DNA of 64,000 nt from Acutalibacteraceae bacterium (GTDB lineage Bacteria > Bacillota > Clostridia > Oscillospirales > Acutalibacteraceae): assembly GCA_045592385.1 (NCBI GenBank), contig JAZNUP010000004.1, forward strand, positions 1,856 through 65,855. The letters run 5' to 3'. The position numbers were made by a program, and so were the translations under genes. The first letter of the stretch is position 1. The number at the start of each line of letters is the position of its first letter. This document shows positions 8,088-17,677 of this stretch, one piece after another. Under the pieces are notes generated by a model that saw only the letters and a list, made by a program, of their open reading frames with translations, ran no database searches and was not told where the DNA came from.

Positions 8088-10529
8088 ATGCTTGAAAACT
8101 CAAAATTTTTAATAAACACTTCCACGTCTTTCAGCAGGGAACACCCGTGGGAAAATATGAAGTTCAATAACCGCAAATTCGATTTACCCTCTCTGGGCGG
8201 AATTGCGTGTTTCCGAAAGGTTTTTAATATAGATAAGCCCGTCAGCGGCGCAAGCATCACCGCCACTGCACTGGGTGTTTTTGAAGTTTACATCAACGGC
8301 AAGAGAGTGGGCGGCAAGGACGGATTTGATGAACTCAAGCCCGGTTGGACCGATTATAAATCCAGAGTTTTTGCATTTACATACGATGTAAGTGAATATC
8401 TTGTTGAGGGTGAAAATACCGTTATAGGCGAGGTTTCCTCGGGTTGGTACAGCGGTAGGATTTCATTCGGACTTTACGGCTTCAAGCATACCGCGTTTCG
8501 CGCAGAGCTTGATATAACTCTTGATGGCGGCGAAAAGCTCAGCGTAAATACCGATGAAAGCTGGCAGACTGCTATTAACGGTCCTTATCTCAATGCGTCA
8601 ATCTGGGACGGCGTTCTTTATGATGCGAGGATTGACAGAAACTTTGCCGATTGGAAACAGGCAGTTATTTATGATGATTACGAGGGTGAAATCACCGAGC
8701 CTCAGGGTCCTCCCATCAAGGTTAGAGAGCATCTTGAAAGAACACCCCGCAAGGCCGTTATATATGAAGGAACAAAGCGCAATTTCACTACCTACGGTGA
8801 AATCAATACCGTTTCCAAAAAAGCAAGCGACGGCTGCGAAAAGGGCTTATTGAAAAAAGGACAGGCTCTTGTGCTTGATCTTAAGCAGAATATGGTTGGC
8901 AGACCTTACATCAAAGTAAAGGCCAGCAAGGGAACAAGAATTAACATTTACGTTGGCGAATTTCTTAACGACAGCGGCAAAAAGAGCAGAGGAAACGACT
9001 ACGCCAAGGGCAGCGTTTATATCAAGAATTACCGTTCAGCAATGGCAAGATGCATTTATATTGCAACGGACGGTGAGCAGAGCTTTGCTCCGTGCCACAC
9101 TTTCTACGGCTTCAGATACCTTGAAATCAGCGCCGATGCCGACATTGAAATCCTTGAGGTAAAGGGTCAGGTGATCGGCAGTGCTAACCGTGAAACGGGA
9201 ACTTTTACCTGCTCGGATGAAAAGGTAAACCGATTCTTCTCCAACGTTGTATGGGGTCTGAGAGGCAATTACCTGAGCATCCCTACCGACTGCCCTCAGC
9301 GCGACGAACGCCTTGGCTGGACGGGCGATGCTCAGATGTTCTTCAATGCAGGCAGTTATATTGCCGATACGGAAGAGTTCTTCAGAAAATGGCTTAAGGA
9401 TATGCGTGACTGTCAGAATCCTGCTGGCGGATACTGTGATACTATCCCGAACGTGCTTGTAAACGAGGGCAACTACGGCAATGCCGCGTGGGGCGATGCA
9501 GGTGTTATAATCCCTTACCAGATGTATCTGAAATACGGCAACCCCGAAGTTATTGAGGAATGCTATGAGTCTATGGAAAAATACTTGGCTTTCCTTAAAA
9601 GCAAGGATCCCGAGGGTCCCAACCCCGGTTACTGTGACTGGCTCTGCTATGAAAAAACCGACGGTAGATATATCGCTGATGCTTATTATGCAAACAGTCT
9701 TGACCTTATGGCAAAAATGTCGGCAATAATCGGCAGGGAAGACAGAAGTAAATACTATGCCTCAGAGCACGCAAGAATAAAGAAAGCGTTTATTGATAAG
9801 TATATAGACAGCAAAAACAGCCTTAAAGAAAAAACTCAGACCGCTTACTTGCTCGCATTTGCATTTGACTTGCTTCCTGAAGAGCTCAGGGAATCCCACA
9901 TTCTCAAGCTCAGAAAGAAGATTGAGGATAACGATTACACCCTTTCCACAGGCTTTGTAGGCACCTGCCTTCTTAATCAAACTCTTGACAAGCTCGGCCT
10001 TGAGGATTTGTGTTATTCACTTCTTCTTCAGGAGAAAGACCCCTCGTGGCTTTACAGTGTAAATCAGGGCGCTACCACCGTATGGGAGCGCTGGAATTCA
10101 TATACACTTGATAAGGGCTTCGGTGACGTAGGTATGAACTCCTTCAACCACTATGCATACGGCGCGGTTGCTCAGTGGCTGTTTGAAAAAGTGGCAGGTA
10201 TTGCAACTGACGAAAACCATCCCGGCTTTGCAAGGATTATCCTTGAACCCAAGCCTGATATGAGAAAGAATCCTCCCTGCAATCAGGAGCGTATAACGTT
10301 TGCAAACGCTTCCTATGATTCAAGGGCAGGTATGATTAAATCGGGCTGGAAAGCAGAAGACGGCGGATTTGTATACGATTTTGAAATCCCCGAAGGCGTT
10401 GAAGCTCAGGTTATCCTCTTCAAAACAGCTTCAGGTGTTACCGTAAACGGTGAGGCTGCGGATGCTGCAACGGAAAACGGCAAGTGGAGCTTTGTGCTTA
10501 AGGGCGGAAAGTATACCGTAAAGGCATAA
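8088..10529 (+). CDS. alpha-L-rhamnosidase, glycoside hydrolase family 78
   Basis: 813 aa with RBS AGGAGG. Contains IPTDCPQRDERLGWTGDAQ and the C-terminal six-hairpin region NSFNHYAYGAVAQW. No signal peptide. Confidence 0.9.
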   Translation: MLENSKFLINTSTSFSREHPWENMKFNNRKFDLPSLGGIACFRKVFNIDKPVSGASITATALGVFEVYINGKRVGGKDGFDELKPGWTDYKSRVFAFTYDVSEYLVEGENTVIGEVSSGWYSGRISFGLYGFKHTAFRAELDITLDGGEKLSVNTDESWQTAINGPYLNASIWDGVLYDARIDRNFADWKQAVIYDDYEGEITEPQGPPIKVREHLERTPRKAVIYEGTKRNFTTYGEINTVSKKASDGCEKGLLKKGQALVLDLKQNMVGRPYIKVKASKGTRINIYVGEFLNDSGKKSRGNDYAKGSVYIKNYRSAMARCIYIATDGEQSFAPCHTFYGFRYLEISADADIEILEVKGQVIGSANRETGTFTCSDEKVNRFFSNVVWGLRGNYLSIPTDCPQRDERLGWTGDAQMFFNAGSYIADTEEFFRKWLKDMRDCQNPAGGYCDTIPNVLVNEGNYGNAAWGDAGVIIPYQMYLKYGNPEVIEECYESMEKYLAFLKSKDPEGPNPGYCDWLCYEKTDGRYIADAYYANSLDLMAKMSAIIGREDRSKYYASEHARIKKAFIDKYIDSKNSLKEKTQTAYLLAFAFDLLPEELRESHILKLRKKIEDNDYTLSTGFVGTCLLNQTLDKLGLEDLCYSLLLQEKDPSWLYSVNQGATTVWERWNSYTLDKGFGDVGMNSFNHYAYGAVAQWLFEKVAGIATDENHPGFARIILEPKPDMRKNPPCNQERITFANASYDSRAGMIKSGWKAEDGGFVYDFEIPEGVEAQVILFKTASGVTVNGEAADAATENGKWSFVLKGGKYTVKA

Positions 10530-10550
10530 TAAACGGAAAGGAGAGTCCGT

Positions 10551-11456
10551 ATGGATTACGCAGTTCCTGCCAAAAGTAAAAGCGGAAAATACGTTTTCTG
10601 TCACTTTACGGGCAATGCTCCCGAAAAGGAGAGAATTCACCTTGCCGTGAGTGAAGACGGATATAATTTCAGACCGCTTAATAATAACGAGCCGGTTATT
10701 ATTCAGACTCTCGGCACAAAATGTGCAAGAGACCCGTATATTCTCAGAGGGCAGGACGGTTGTTTTTATATTATTGCAACCGATATGAGAAGCCTTGACG
10801 GATGGACCTCCAACCACGCTCTTGTTACGTGGAAATCATCGGATTTGATTAACTGGACCGATGAAACTATTCTTGATACCCGTGATTTCAAAGGCTTTGA
10901 AACTGCAAACCGTTCGTGGGCACCTCAGGCTTACTGGGACGAAAAGGAGCAGAGTTATATGGTTTACTGGGCAATCTCAACTGCCGAGAATGACTGTGCA
11001 GCTCTTTACTATGCTTATACGGATGATTTCAGAACTCTCACTGAGCCTCAGCTTCTGTATGCCCGTGAAGGGATACAGACCATTGACGGTGATATAACTT
11101 ACAATGAGAAAACGGGTTACTATTACCTCTATTTTAAACACGATGAGGACCAGAAAATAGCTTACGTAAAATCAAAAAGTCTCAACGGTCCTTATGATGA
11201 TAATCCGGTTGTTGTTTCCCTGTCGCCTCACGGAGTTGAGGGTAGTTCGATGTACCGTATTACGGGCACGGATGACTGGGTAATGATAATGGATGAATAC
11301 GGCACGGGCAGATTTTTCGCTCAGCAGACAAAGGATATGGAAAATTTCCTCCCCGTGAATACTGATGATTACAGCTTTGACGGTGTAAATCCGCGTCACG
11401 GCTCGGTTGTGGCAATAACGGATGAAGAGTATGCCTCATTAGTCAAAGCGTTTTAA
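10551..11456 (+). CDS. glycoside hydrolase family 43 (arabinofuranosidase/xylosidase-type beta-propeller)
   Basis: 301 aa, starting 21 nt after the GH78 stop. GH43-like blocks ARDPYILRGQDGCFYIIATD, WAPQAYWDE and GVEGSSMY. Confidence 0.75.
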   Translation: MDYAVPAKSKSGKYVFCHFTGNAPEKERIHLAVSEDGYNFRPLNNNEPVIIQTLGTKCARDPYILRGQDGCFYIIATDMRSLDGWTSNHALVTWKSSDLINWTDETILDTRDFKGFETANRSWAPQAYWDEKEQSYMVYWAISTAENDCAALYYAYTDDFRTLTEPQLLYAREGIQTIDGDITYNEKTGYYYLYFKHDEDQKIAYVKSKSLNGPYDDNPVVVSLSPHGVEGSSMYRITGTDDWVMIMDEYGTGRFFAQQTKDMENFLPVNTDDYSFDGVNPRHGSVVAITDEEYASLVKAF

Positions 11457-11466
11457 GGAGAAGCTT

Positions 11467-12654
11467 ATGTCACTGAATGCAACACCTTCAGCAAACAGAA
11501 CGCATATAGGATTTTTCGGCAAGAGAAACGCAGGTAAATCAAGCCTCGTCAATGCCGTTACGGGTCAGGAGATGTCCGTGGTTTCAGATACCAAAGGAAC
11601 TACAACAGACCCCGTTTACAAGGCTATGGAGCTGCTCGGTCTCGGCCCCGTTATGATTATTGACACTCCCGGCTTTGACGATGTGGGCGAGTTGGGTACA
11701 CTAAGGGTTGAAAGAACTCTGCGTGTGCTTTCAAAAACCGATATTGCCGTGCTTGTTGCGGATGCCTCAGCACCTCTCGGTAAGGAAGATAAAGAGCTTA
11801 TAGAGATGTTCAGAAGCAAGGGCGTAAGCTATATTGTTGCTTACAATAAGGCAGATACCGTTGAAAGCCACGCTGCGCCCAAGGAGAATGAAATTTACGT
11901 AAGCGCGCTTAAAAATGACGGTATAGGCCGTCTGCGCGAAAAGATTGCATCCCTTGCAAAAAAAGAAGATACGGATTTGCATCTTGTAGGCGATTTGCTG
12001 AAGCCTGATGATATAGCCGTGCTTGTAACCCCCATTGACGAGGCGGCACCCAAGGGCAGGCTGATACTTCCCCAGCAGCAGACTATAAGGGATATTCTTG
12101 ATGCAGGAGCTCAGGCTTTTGTGGTCAAGGAGGACGGGCTTACCGCCGCTCTTTCTGCTCTTGCAAAGAAGCCTGCTATGGTTATTACGGACAGTCAGGT
12201 TTTCAGGCTTGTGAGTGAACTTACTCCCGAGGATATACCGCTCACATCGTTCTCTGTACTTATGGCAAGGTACAAGGGTTTCCTTGAACTTGCGGTAAAA
12301 GGAGTTGCGCAGATAGATAAGCTTGAAGACGGTGACACAGTGTTGATTTCCGAGGGATGCACGCATCACAGGCAGTGCGGAGATATAGGCAGTGTAAAGC
12401 TTCCCGCTTTGCTTAAAAAATACACGGGAAAGAGCTTTAATATTGAGCTTTCCTCAGGAGCGGGATTCCCTCAGGATTTGACCCGTTTTGCTTTGGTTAT
12501 CCATTGCGGCGGTTGTATGCTCAACGGCAGGGAGATGAATTACCGCATGAATCTTGCCACAGAGCAGGGCGTGCCGATTACGAATTACGGCACTGCTATT
12601 GCATATATGAACGGCATTCTCAAGCGTTCTCTAAGCGTATTCCCCGAAATTTAA
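11467..12654 (+). CDS. hydF: [FeFe]-hydrogenase maturation GTPase HydF
   Basis: 395 aa. G1 GKRNAGKSSLVNA, G3 DTPG, G4 NKAD. The C-terminal cluster motif CTHH...HCGGC matches the HydF CxHx(44-53)HCxxC pattern. The start lies 10 nt after the GH43 stop with the RBS AAGGAG in the gap. Confidence 0.9.
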   Translation: MSLNATPSANRTHIGFFGKRNAGKSSLVNAVTGQEMSVVSDTKGTTTDPVYKAMELLGLGPVMIIDTPGFDDVGELGTLRVERTLRVLSKTDIAVLVADASAPLGKEDKELIEMFRSKGVSYIVAYNKADTVESHAAPKENEIYVSALKNDGIGRLREKIASLAKKEDTDLHLVGDLLKPDDIAVLVTPIDEAAPKGRLILPQQQTIRDILDAGAQAFVVKEDGLTAALSALAKKPAMVITDSQVFRLVSELTPEDIPLTSFSVLMARYKGFLELAVKGVAQIDKLEDGDTVLISEGCTHHRQCGDIGSVKLPALLKKYTGKSFNIELSSGAGFPQDLTRFALVIHCGGCMLNGREMNYRMNLATEQGVPITNYGTAIAYMNGILKRSLSVFPEI

Positions 12655-12674
12655 AAAATTATCGAATAAATAAT

Positions 12675-12702
12675 GCGCCTCCGACCATTCGGTCGGGGGC
12701 GC
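12675..12702. terminator. hairpin between convergent hydF and the 12720-14594 gene
   Basis: GCGCCTCCGACC-ATTC-GGTCGGGGGCGC, a 12-bp stem with one wobble. The U-rich tract is better on the minus-strand side. Confidence 0.55.
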
Positions 12703-12719
12703 TGAGTTTAGTATGAAAG

Positions 12720-14594
12720 TTAAAATGCAAACATAAATCTGCCGCCGGGTGCAACGTCGCCGTTTACGTAAAAATCCGTTATATCGCCGTCGGTCTGCAT
12801 ATTGTCGGAAAGCTTGAAGTTGAAATGAACTTCATCGCCCTTAGCAAGACCTAAAGCACTTCTTGCAATGCAAACCTGCATTACGTTGTCTTTTACCGTA
12901 TACTGAGCGGTGCCGGTTTCTTCAAAGCTCCAACCGCCGCAGGATTTTTCAACTTTCAAGCAAGATGCGTCTGCGTTATCGCGGTTTATGATGTATTCAA
13001 AGCCCTCCCAGTTTGCACTGTTGCCTGTTGAATCGGTGTCAATAAGAATTCTCATCCACGCTGGGTCGGTATATGCGGTGATGTCGTCAACCGTTTCTAT
13101 TCTGAAATAAACATTCTCACTGTCGTAAGTAACCTTAACGCTTCGGAAATCGTTACGCATAGTGTTGTTTTCGTAATGAAGCCCTACCCAGCCGTCAGCA
13201 TTGCGGCTGCGTGTGCTTCCCGTGTAGTGGAAGTATTCGTTTGTAACCGAATCCCACTGACTGTCCTCGCCGTTTATGTCAACTGTCTGACCTCCTGATG
13301 TTGTCTGCGGTTTGCTTATTCCCTTGAATCTGCGGATATTTGCGCAAAGCTGATAGTAATAATGATCCTTCATTATACCTGCCGAGGGTTCGATATCACG
13401 GCTGTATTCGTCGCAGAACTGGTCAGGGAATGCATTTTCTGTTCCCTGCCAGGTATCGTGCCTTCCTGCAATCCATTCATTCCAGCCTGTAACAAAAATG
13501 AAATCAGGGTTGCATTTTATTGCGTAATCCCATTGCTGCTGGAAATTAAGACCGTAAAGCATAGCGTTTTCGGTTGAGGAATCAACCGTCACTGTTTCGG
13601 TTCCTTTTTTGTAAGAGTAAGAATATTTACCGTGGGTGAAGCTTCTGCCCTGAACGTTGCCGCCGTTATTCATAGCCACAAGCTTACCGTCAGCGGCATT
13701 CTGTGCAACGGAAACACACATCTGCTCAGGCTTTCCGAAAAGGGATTTACTGTACTTTGTCTGAGGATAATCGCTACACCATCCCCATTTTTTATCAATT
13801 ATTGAATAATCGTCGTCAAAGTAGGAGGGGCTGTTTTCTCTGAAGGTGAAAAAGTCAAGAATTTCCTTTTCTTCGGGTAAGGATTTATCAAGAGCACCGG
13901 GATGAGCCATAATAAGCGGTTTCCCGTCCCACATAAACCACAGATGTCTGTATCTTCCCTTTGAATACACGTTTTCGTATAGGTCGTGCAGGGATTTGTT
14001 TGCATCTTCTGAATCGTTAAAGGGGAGCATAAATGCAATCTGAGGCACTTTTACGCCCTCTTTGATTGCTTCGTCAAATACCTTGAAAAGCACCTCGTAT
14101 GCAGGCTGCCAGGTGTAGTTGCCGTTTGTGCAGTCAAATATTATAACGTCAACGCCTGCGTCGGCAATCAGCTCAGCGTGTTTTCTTACAACGTACTCGT
14201 CAAGATTCTGGTAATATCCGTAAAGCGGCTCATTCCAATGGTAGGGCTTACCGCTCGGTGTGTTTTTCCATACGGGATGCGAAAAATCACGCACCGCTTC
14301 GGGGGCTTTCTTGAGTGTTTCGGTTACGTTGTCGGCCTCAAAATCCGAGGCGAAATTATAATGCCACGTCCAGTAAAACAGACCAACAAATTTTCCCTTG
14401 TCTTTTTCTCCGACATCTTCATAATCGGGCAGATTTCTGCCGAGTCCGTCAACAGCGACCCAGGTGTCCGGCTTAACATCGCCATACGTGTTTTCGTTTA
14501 TATTCCGGGTGCCGAAAAGAAAAATGTTAATTGCTGACGGCAGCATAAATATGGCAGTAAAAACCGAAATTATTGCTTTTAATATTGCAGCCAT
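12720..14594 (-). CDS. membrane-anchored putative glycoside hydrolase (GH99/DUF5010-like catalytic region plus C-terminal beta-sandwich), family unassigned
   Basis: 624 aa with RBS GGGAGG and an N-terminal anchor AIISVFTAIFMLPSAINIFLFG. Blocks such as FVGLFYWTWH, VDVIIFDCTNGNYTW and FIFVTGWNEW resemble GH99-like/DUF5010 proteins from memory only. Confidence 0.35.
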   Translation of the reverse strand: MAAILKAIISVFTAIFMLPSAINIFLFGTRNINENTYGDVKPDTWVAVDGLGRNLPDYEDVGEKDKGKFVGLFYWTWHYNFASDFEADNVTETLKKAPEAVRDFSHPVWKNTPSGKPYHWNEPLYGYYQNLDEYVVRKHAELIADAGVDVIIFDCTNGNYTWQPAYEVLFKVFDEAIKEGVKVPQIAFMLPFNDSEDANKSLHDLYENVYSKGRYRHLWFMWDGKPLIMAHPGALDKSLPEEKEILDFFTFRENSPSYFDDDYSIIDKKWGWCSDYPQTKYSKSLFGKPEQMCVSVAQNAADGKLVAMNNGGNVQGRSFTHGKYSYSYKKGTETVTVDSSTENAMLYGLNFQQQWDYAIKCNPDFIFVTGWNEWIAGRHDTWQGTENAFPDQFCDEYSRDIEPSAGIMKDHYYYQLCANIRRFKGISKPQTTSGGQTVDINGEDSQWDSVTNEYFHYTGSTRSRNADGWVGLHYENNTMRNDFRSVKVTYDSENVYFRIETVDDITAYTDPAWMRILIDTDSTGNSANWEGFEYIINRDNADASCLKVEKSCGGWSFEETGTAQYTVKDNVMQVCIARSALGLAKGDEVHFNFKLSDNMQTDGDITDFYVNGDVAPGGRFMFAF

Positions 14595-14626
14595 AAGCGG
14601 CGCCTCCCGTACTCTGTATTTCTTTA

Positions 14627-14655
14627 ATTATAAAATCAAATTTTTTTTATGTCAA
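14627..14655 (-). promoter_or_regulatory. consensus sigma-70 promoter of the 12720-14594 gene
   Basis: On the minus strand, TTGACA (14655-14650), a 17-nt spacer, then TATAAT (14632-14627). Confidence 0.65.
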
Positions 14656-14662
14656 CTTGTAT

Positions 14663-14695
14663 AAAAACAACCCTGCCCGAAAATCAGGCAGGGTT
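14663..14695 (-). terminator. intrinsic terminator downstream of the 14703-15860 gene
   Basis: The minus-strand RNA forms AACCCTGCC-loop-GGCAGGGTT (9-bp perfect stem) followed by GUUUUUA. Confidence 0.7.
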
Positions 14696-14702
14696 ATGCA
14701 GA

Positions 14703-15860
14703 TTAATACTTTTTGAGGTTCTTGAGAGGAAGAAGAGCCGCTTCAAAAATATAAAGGAAGAAAGCCTTTATCTGTTCAGCGGGTGAGTATTCGCTTGCGC
14801 TGTAAATGAAACGGTAATTTGCAAGTGAGTTATTTTCAACGTCAAAGATTTCACGCCAGAAGATAAGCTCGGTTTCGTAATTCCAGAGGTCGTTTTCATC
14901 AAGGTCGATTATTCTTGCGCCTCTTGTTTCATCACCGTAGGAGTGGAAACCTGCGCCGGGGGTGTTTACAAGGTCAATGCCCTTGTGCTCAACTACATAA
15001 GTGTTTGTGTGGTCGTGACCGAAGAACATTCCAAGTACATCGCCCTGGCTTACCATAGCGTCAAACTGTCCGTTTGAATAGTTGGGAGGGCAGGGGTTTT
15101 CTCCGAGTACGCCTGTAGCGCTTTCGGGGAGAGTATAACCGGTTTCGGTCTTTACAAGAGCATCATAAATCTCAGGTACAACGATATGCTGGAAAACAAG
15201 TGAAGGAACGGGGACACCGCCGTTTGCTGCCTTGAGCTCATTAGAAGTCTTTACGTACCAATCAATCTGGTCCTTATGTACGCATGCATAACCTTCAAGG
15301 TCGTTTTCGCAGTAGTTGTCTTTCTTATCGCTTTCATTGTAAGTAAGGGAGTCAATAAGCCAGAGGTTGAAAGCAACCTTGTCACTGTCAGAAGCGTAGA
15401 TGGGAAGATTGTAGTTGCCGCAGCCGGTAAGGTCCTCACCTTCGCAACCGATGAAGCAATCGTAGCTTTCATACATTTCCATCATATCTTCCTTGGTAGC
15501 TGCACCTTCGCTGTCATGGTTTCCGAAAACAGAGGCAACGGGAATGCCGTATTCTTCAAAAATGCTCATAAACTGGTCGATTGACATACGTGTAAGGGGC
15601 TTGATGATGCCGGCGCCGCCTGTGATATTGTCACCGCCAAGAACTATAAGGTCAGGCTGAGCTTCTTTAATTGCGGCGTGGATAAAATCCTTTGTAGCAT
15701 TCATCATATAGAAAATGTCCTGGAAATCGGTAAAATGAAGAATTCTGAATTTACCGTCATCGCCGAACTTGAGCTTTGTTGTATTCTCTGCGTTTGCAGG
15801 CATAATTACGCAGCTTACAAGCATAACGGCACAGAGCAATACGGAAATAATTTTTTTCAA
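14703..15860 (-). CDS. secreted calcineurin-like metallophosphoesterase (Dcr2/CpdA-like; motif I variant DxQ)
   Basis: 385 aa, TTG start 9 nt after GGAGG, signal peptide MKKIISVLLCAVMLVSCVIMPANA. Motifs GGDNITGG, FGNHD and FFGHDHTN. Motif I reads HFTDFQD (Gln in place of His). Confidence 0.75.
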   Translation of the reverse strand: MKKIISVLLCAVMLVSCVIMPANAENTTKLKFGDDGKFRILHFTDFQDIFYMMNATKDFIHAAIKEAQPDLIVLGGDNITGGAGIIKPLTRMSIDQFMSIFEEYGIPVASVFGNHDSEGAATKEDMMEMYESYDCFIGCEGEDLTGCGNYNLPIYASDSDKVAFNLWLIDSLTYNESDKKDNYCENDLEGYACVHKDQIDWYVKTSNELKAANGGVPVPSLVFQHIVVPEIYDALVKTETGYTLPESATGVLGENPCPPNYSNGQFDAMVSQGDVLGMFFGHDHTNTYVVEHKGIDLVNTPGAGFHSYGDETRGARIIDLDENDLWNYETELIFWREIFDVENNSLANYRFIYSASEYSPAEQIKAFFLYIFEAALLPLKNLKKY

Positions 15861-15894
15861 AATAAAACGCCTCCTGAATAATTATAATAAAACA

Positions 15895-15922
15895 ATTATA
15901 GCACGAATATCATTTTTTTCAA
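15895..15922 (-). promoter_or_regulatory. candidate promoter of the 14703-15860 gene
   Basis: On the minus strand, TTGAAA (15922-15917), a 16-nt spacer, then TATAAT (15900-15895). Confidence 0.45.
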
Positions 15923-15944
15923 GAATTTTATTAAAAAATAACGC

Positions 15945-15973
15945 TTGACACGGGCAAAAGGATGTGACATATT
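15945..15973 (+). promoter_or_regulatory. candidate promoter of the 16007-17665 gene, sharing a 16-nt block with the GH78 promoter
   Basis: TTGACA (15945-15950), a 17-nt spacer, then CATATT (15968-15973). TTGACACGGGCAAAAG matches TTGACATGGGCAAAAG at 8027-8042 in 15 of 16 positions. Confidence 0.45.
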
Positions 15974-16006
15974 TAGATTTGTAAAGATTATAAGGAGGGA
16001 TGTTGC

Positions 16007-17665
16007 GTGAATTCTGTGATTGCACGCATTGTTTCGGTTTTAACTGCGGCGGTAACGTTTATCATGGGTATCGGAAGCAGTTATACTTTTACCGTTGATA
16101 CTTCGGAGAAAGGTGAAAACCTCGTAAATCCTGTAAGCAACGTAAATATATGGGATATGAATACGGATTCCCAGTTTACAGACCCCGAAATCAACGGTGA
16201 ATATAATGTTTTCGAGTTTGTGGATTACGTTCAGCTTATGCAGTGCACGGGCGGTAATGCTTCAAGGGATTTGTTCAAAGATCCTCTTGATAAAACCGTG
16301 CTTGACGATTACGATTTTTCCCGACTTATTGAAAATTGCAGAGGAATTATTGAACTCGGTGCAAAGCCTCATCTTAAGCTCGGAAGCGTGCCGCTTAAGT
16401 ACTCGGCGGCTGCAAGCGAGGATGAGTATTTCGGTACAAACGTTTATCCGCCCGATGATTATGACGTTTATTACAATTACATAGCTGCTGTGGCTCAGGC
16501 TCTTGTTGATGAATTCGGCGCAGAAGAAGTGCTTACCTGGCGCTTCGGAGTTATGACTGAGTATGAAAATGCGGATTGGTTCAAGTCTGTCAGCGGAGAC
16601 CCTCAGGAATCTGCCGAGGCATATTTTAAGCTTTATGATTATACAGTGCAGGCACTTATTGACGTGATAGGTGAGGATGTTTTCGTAGGTGCTCATTCGA
16701 TGACGGTAAGCGAAGGCTTGTGGGATGAAGCTCTTTTCATTCAGCACTGTGCAAACGGCACTAACTATAAAACGGGCGGGAAATCAAGCAGGATTTGTTT
16801 CCTTGCCACCTCGTTTTACGATATGCGCCCCGGTGAATACACTCAGGGCAGAACTCTCCCTGAGTGTATAGCTTACCTCAGGGAAACTGCTGAAGCAGCA
16901 GGGCTTAAAAATCTTATTATCGGAGTAGATGAGGGCAGGATTCATTCGGGCAACGTCAGCGGCAAGGATGGTGCAGACCTTCTTTCAAGAACCTGCGGCT
17001 ACACCTATCAGGCGGCTTATGATGCAAGACTTTATAAGCAGCTGCTTGACGAGGGCGGAGATTATCTTTCTTCGTGGTACTACCTCTCGGGAGGACTTTT
17101 TAAGGGCAATCCCACCGTCAGTTATCACGTGGCAAGCAAGATTGCCGATTTTGCAGGTGCGGCGAGAGTTGCTGTTAAAAAAGTAATGAGCGGTTTGCTT
17201 TTCCGTACAGAGGCGGACAGTCTTGCCGCTTACGATGAATCAACGGATACTCTTCGCATTATGGCATACAACTTCAGAAACGACGTTGAATACAACAGAA
17301 GCATCAATCTTAAATTCAAAATCAACGCTCCTCAGTTTGACGGCAAAAAGGTTAGAATAACAGCCTACACCGTTGATGATGACTGCAACTATTTCGATGA
17401 ATGGGTTGAGGACAGAAAAATATACGGTATCACCGATGATTGCTTCGCCTGGTCACCCGAGGACCCGTGCATTGATTCTGTTAATACTCTTAACGATGCC
17501 GCGGCGAGGGAGATATATTTCAGCAAGCTTTACGATAAGTACAGTGAATGCTCACGTCTTGAACCCGTTGTGACTGAAGGTGAGGTTGTGGACGGTAAGC
17601 TTACCGTAAAGGGAAAGCTTGCGGCAAACGGCGTTGTGTTCTATGAAATTACCCCTTGCGAGTAA
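16007..17665 (+). CDS. membrane-anchored putative clan GH-A (GH39-like) TIM-barrel glycoside hydrolase, family unassigned
   Basis: 552 aa, GTG start 7 nt after AAGGAGGG, with an N-terminal anchor. WRFGVMTEYENADWF resembles the acid/base strand of clan GH-A enzymes (W-x-x-W-N-E-P). IIGVDEG is a candidate nucleophile strand. Weak, from memory. Confidence 0.35.
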   Translation: MNSVIARIVSVLTAAVTFIMGIGSSYTFTVDTSEKGENLVNPVSNVNIWDMNTDSQFTDPEINGEYNVFEFVDYVQLMQCTGGNASRDLFKDPLDKTVLDDYDFSRLIENCRGIIELGAKPHLKLGSVPLKYSAAASEDEYFGTNVYPPDDYDVYYNYIAAVAQALVDEFGAEEVLTWRFGVMTEYENADWFKSVSGDPQESAEAYFKLYDYTVQALIDVIGEDVFVGAHSMTVSEGLWDEALFIQHCANGTNYKTGGKSSRICFLATSFYDMRPGEYTQGRTLPECIAYLRETAEAAGLKNLIIGVDEGRIHSGNVSGKDGADLLSRTCGYTYQAAYDARLYKQLLDEGGDYLSSWYYLSGGLFKGNPTVSYHVASKIADFAGAARVAVKKVMSGLLFRTEADSLAAYDESTDTLRIMAYNFRNDVEYNRSINLKFKINAPQFDGKKVRITAYTVDDDCNYFDEWVEDRKIYGITDDCFAWSPEDPCIDSVNTLNDAAAREIYFSKLYDKYSECSRLEPVVTEGEVVDGKLTVKGKLAANGVVFYEITPCE

Positions 17666-17677
17666 AGGAGTGTCAAT

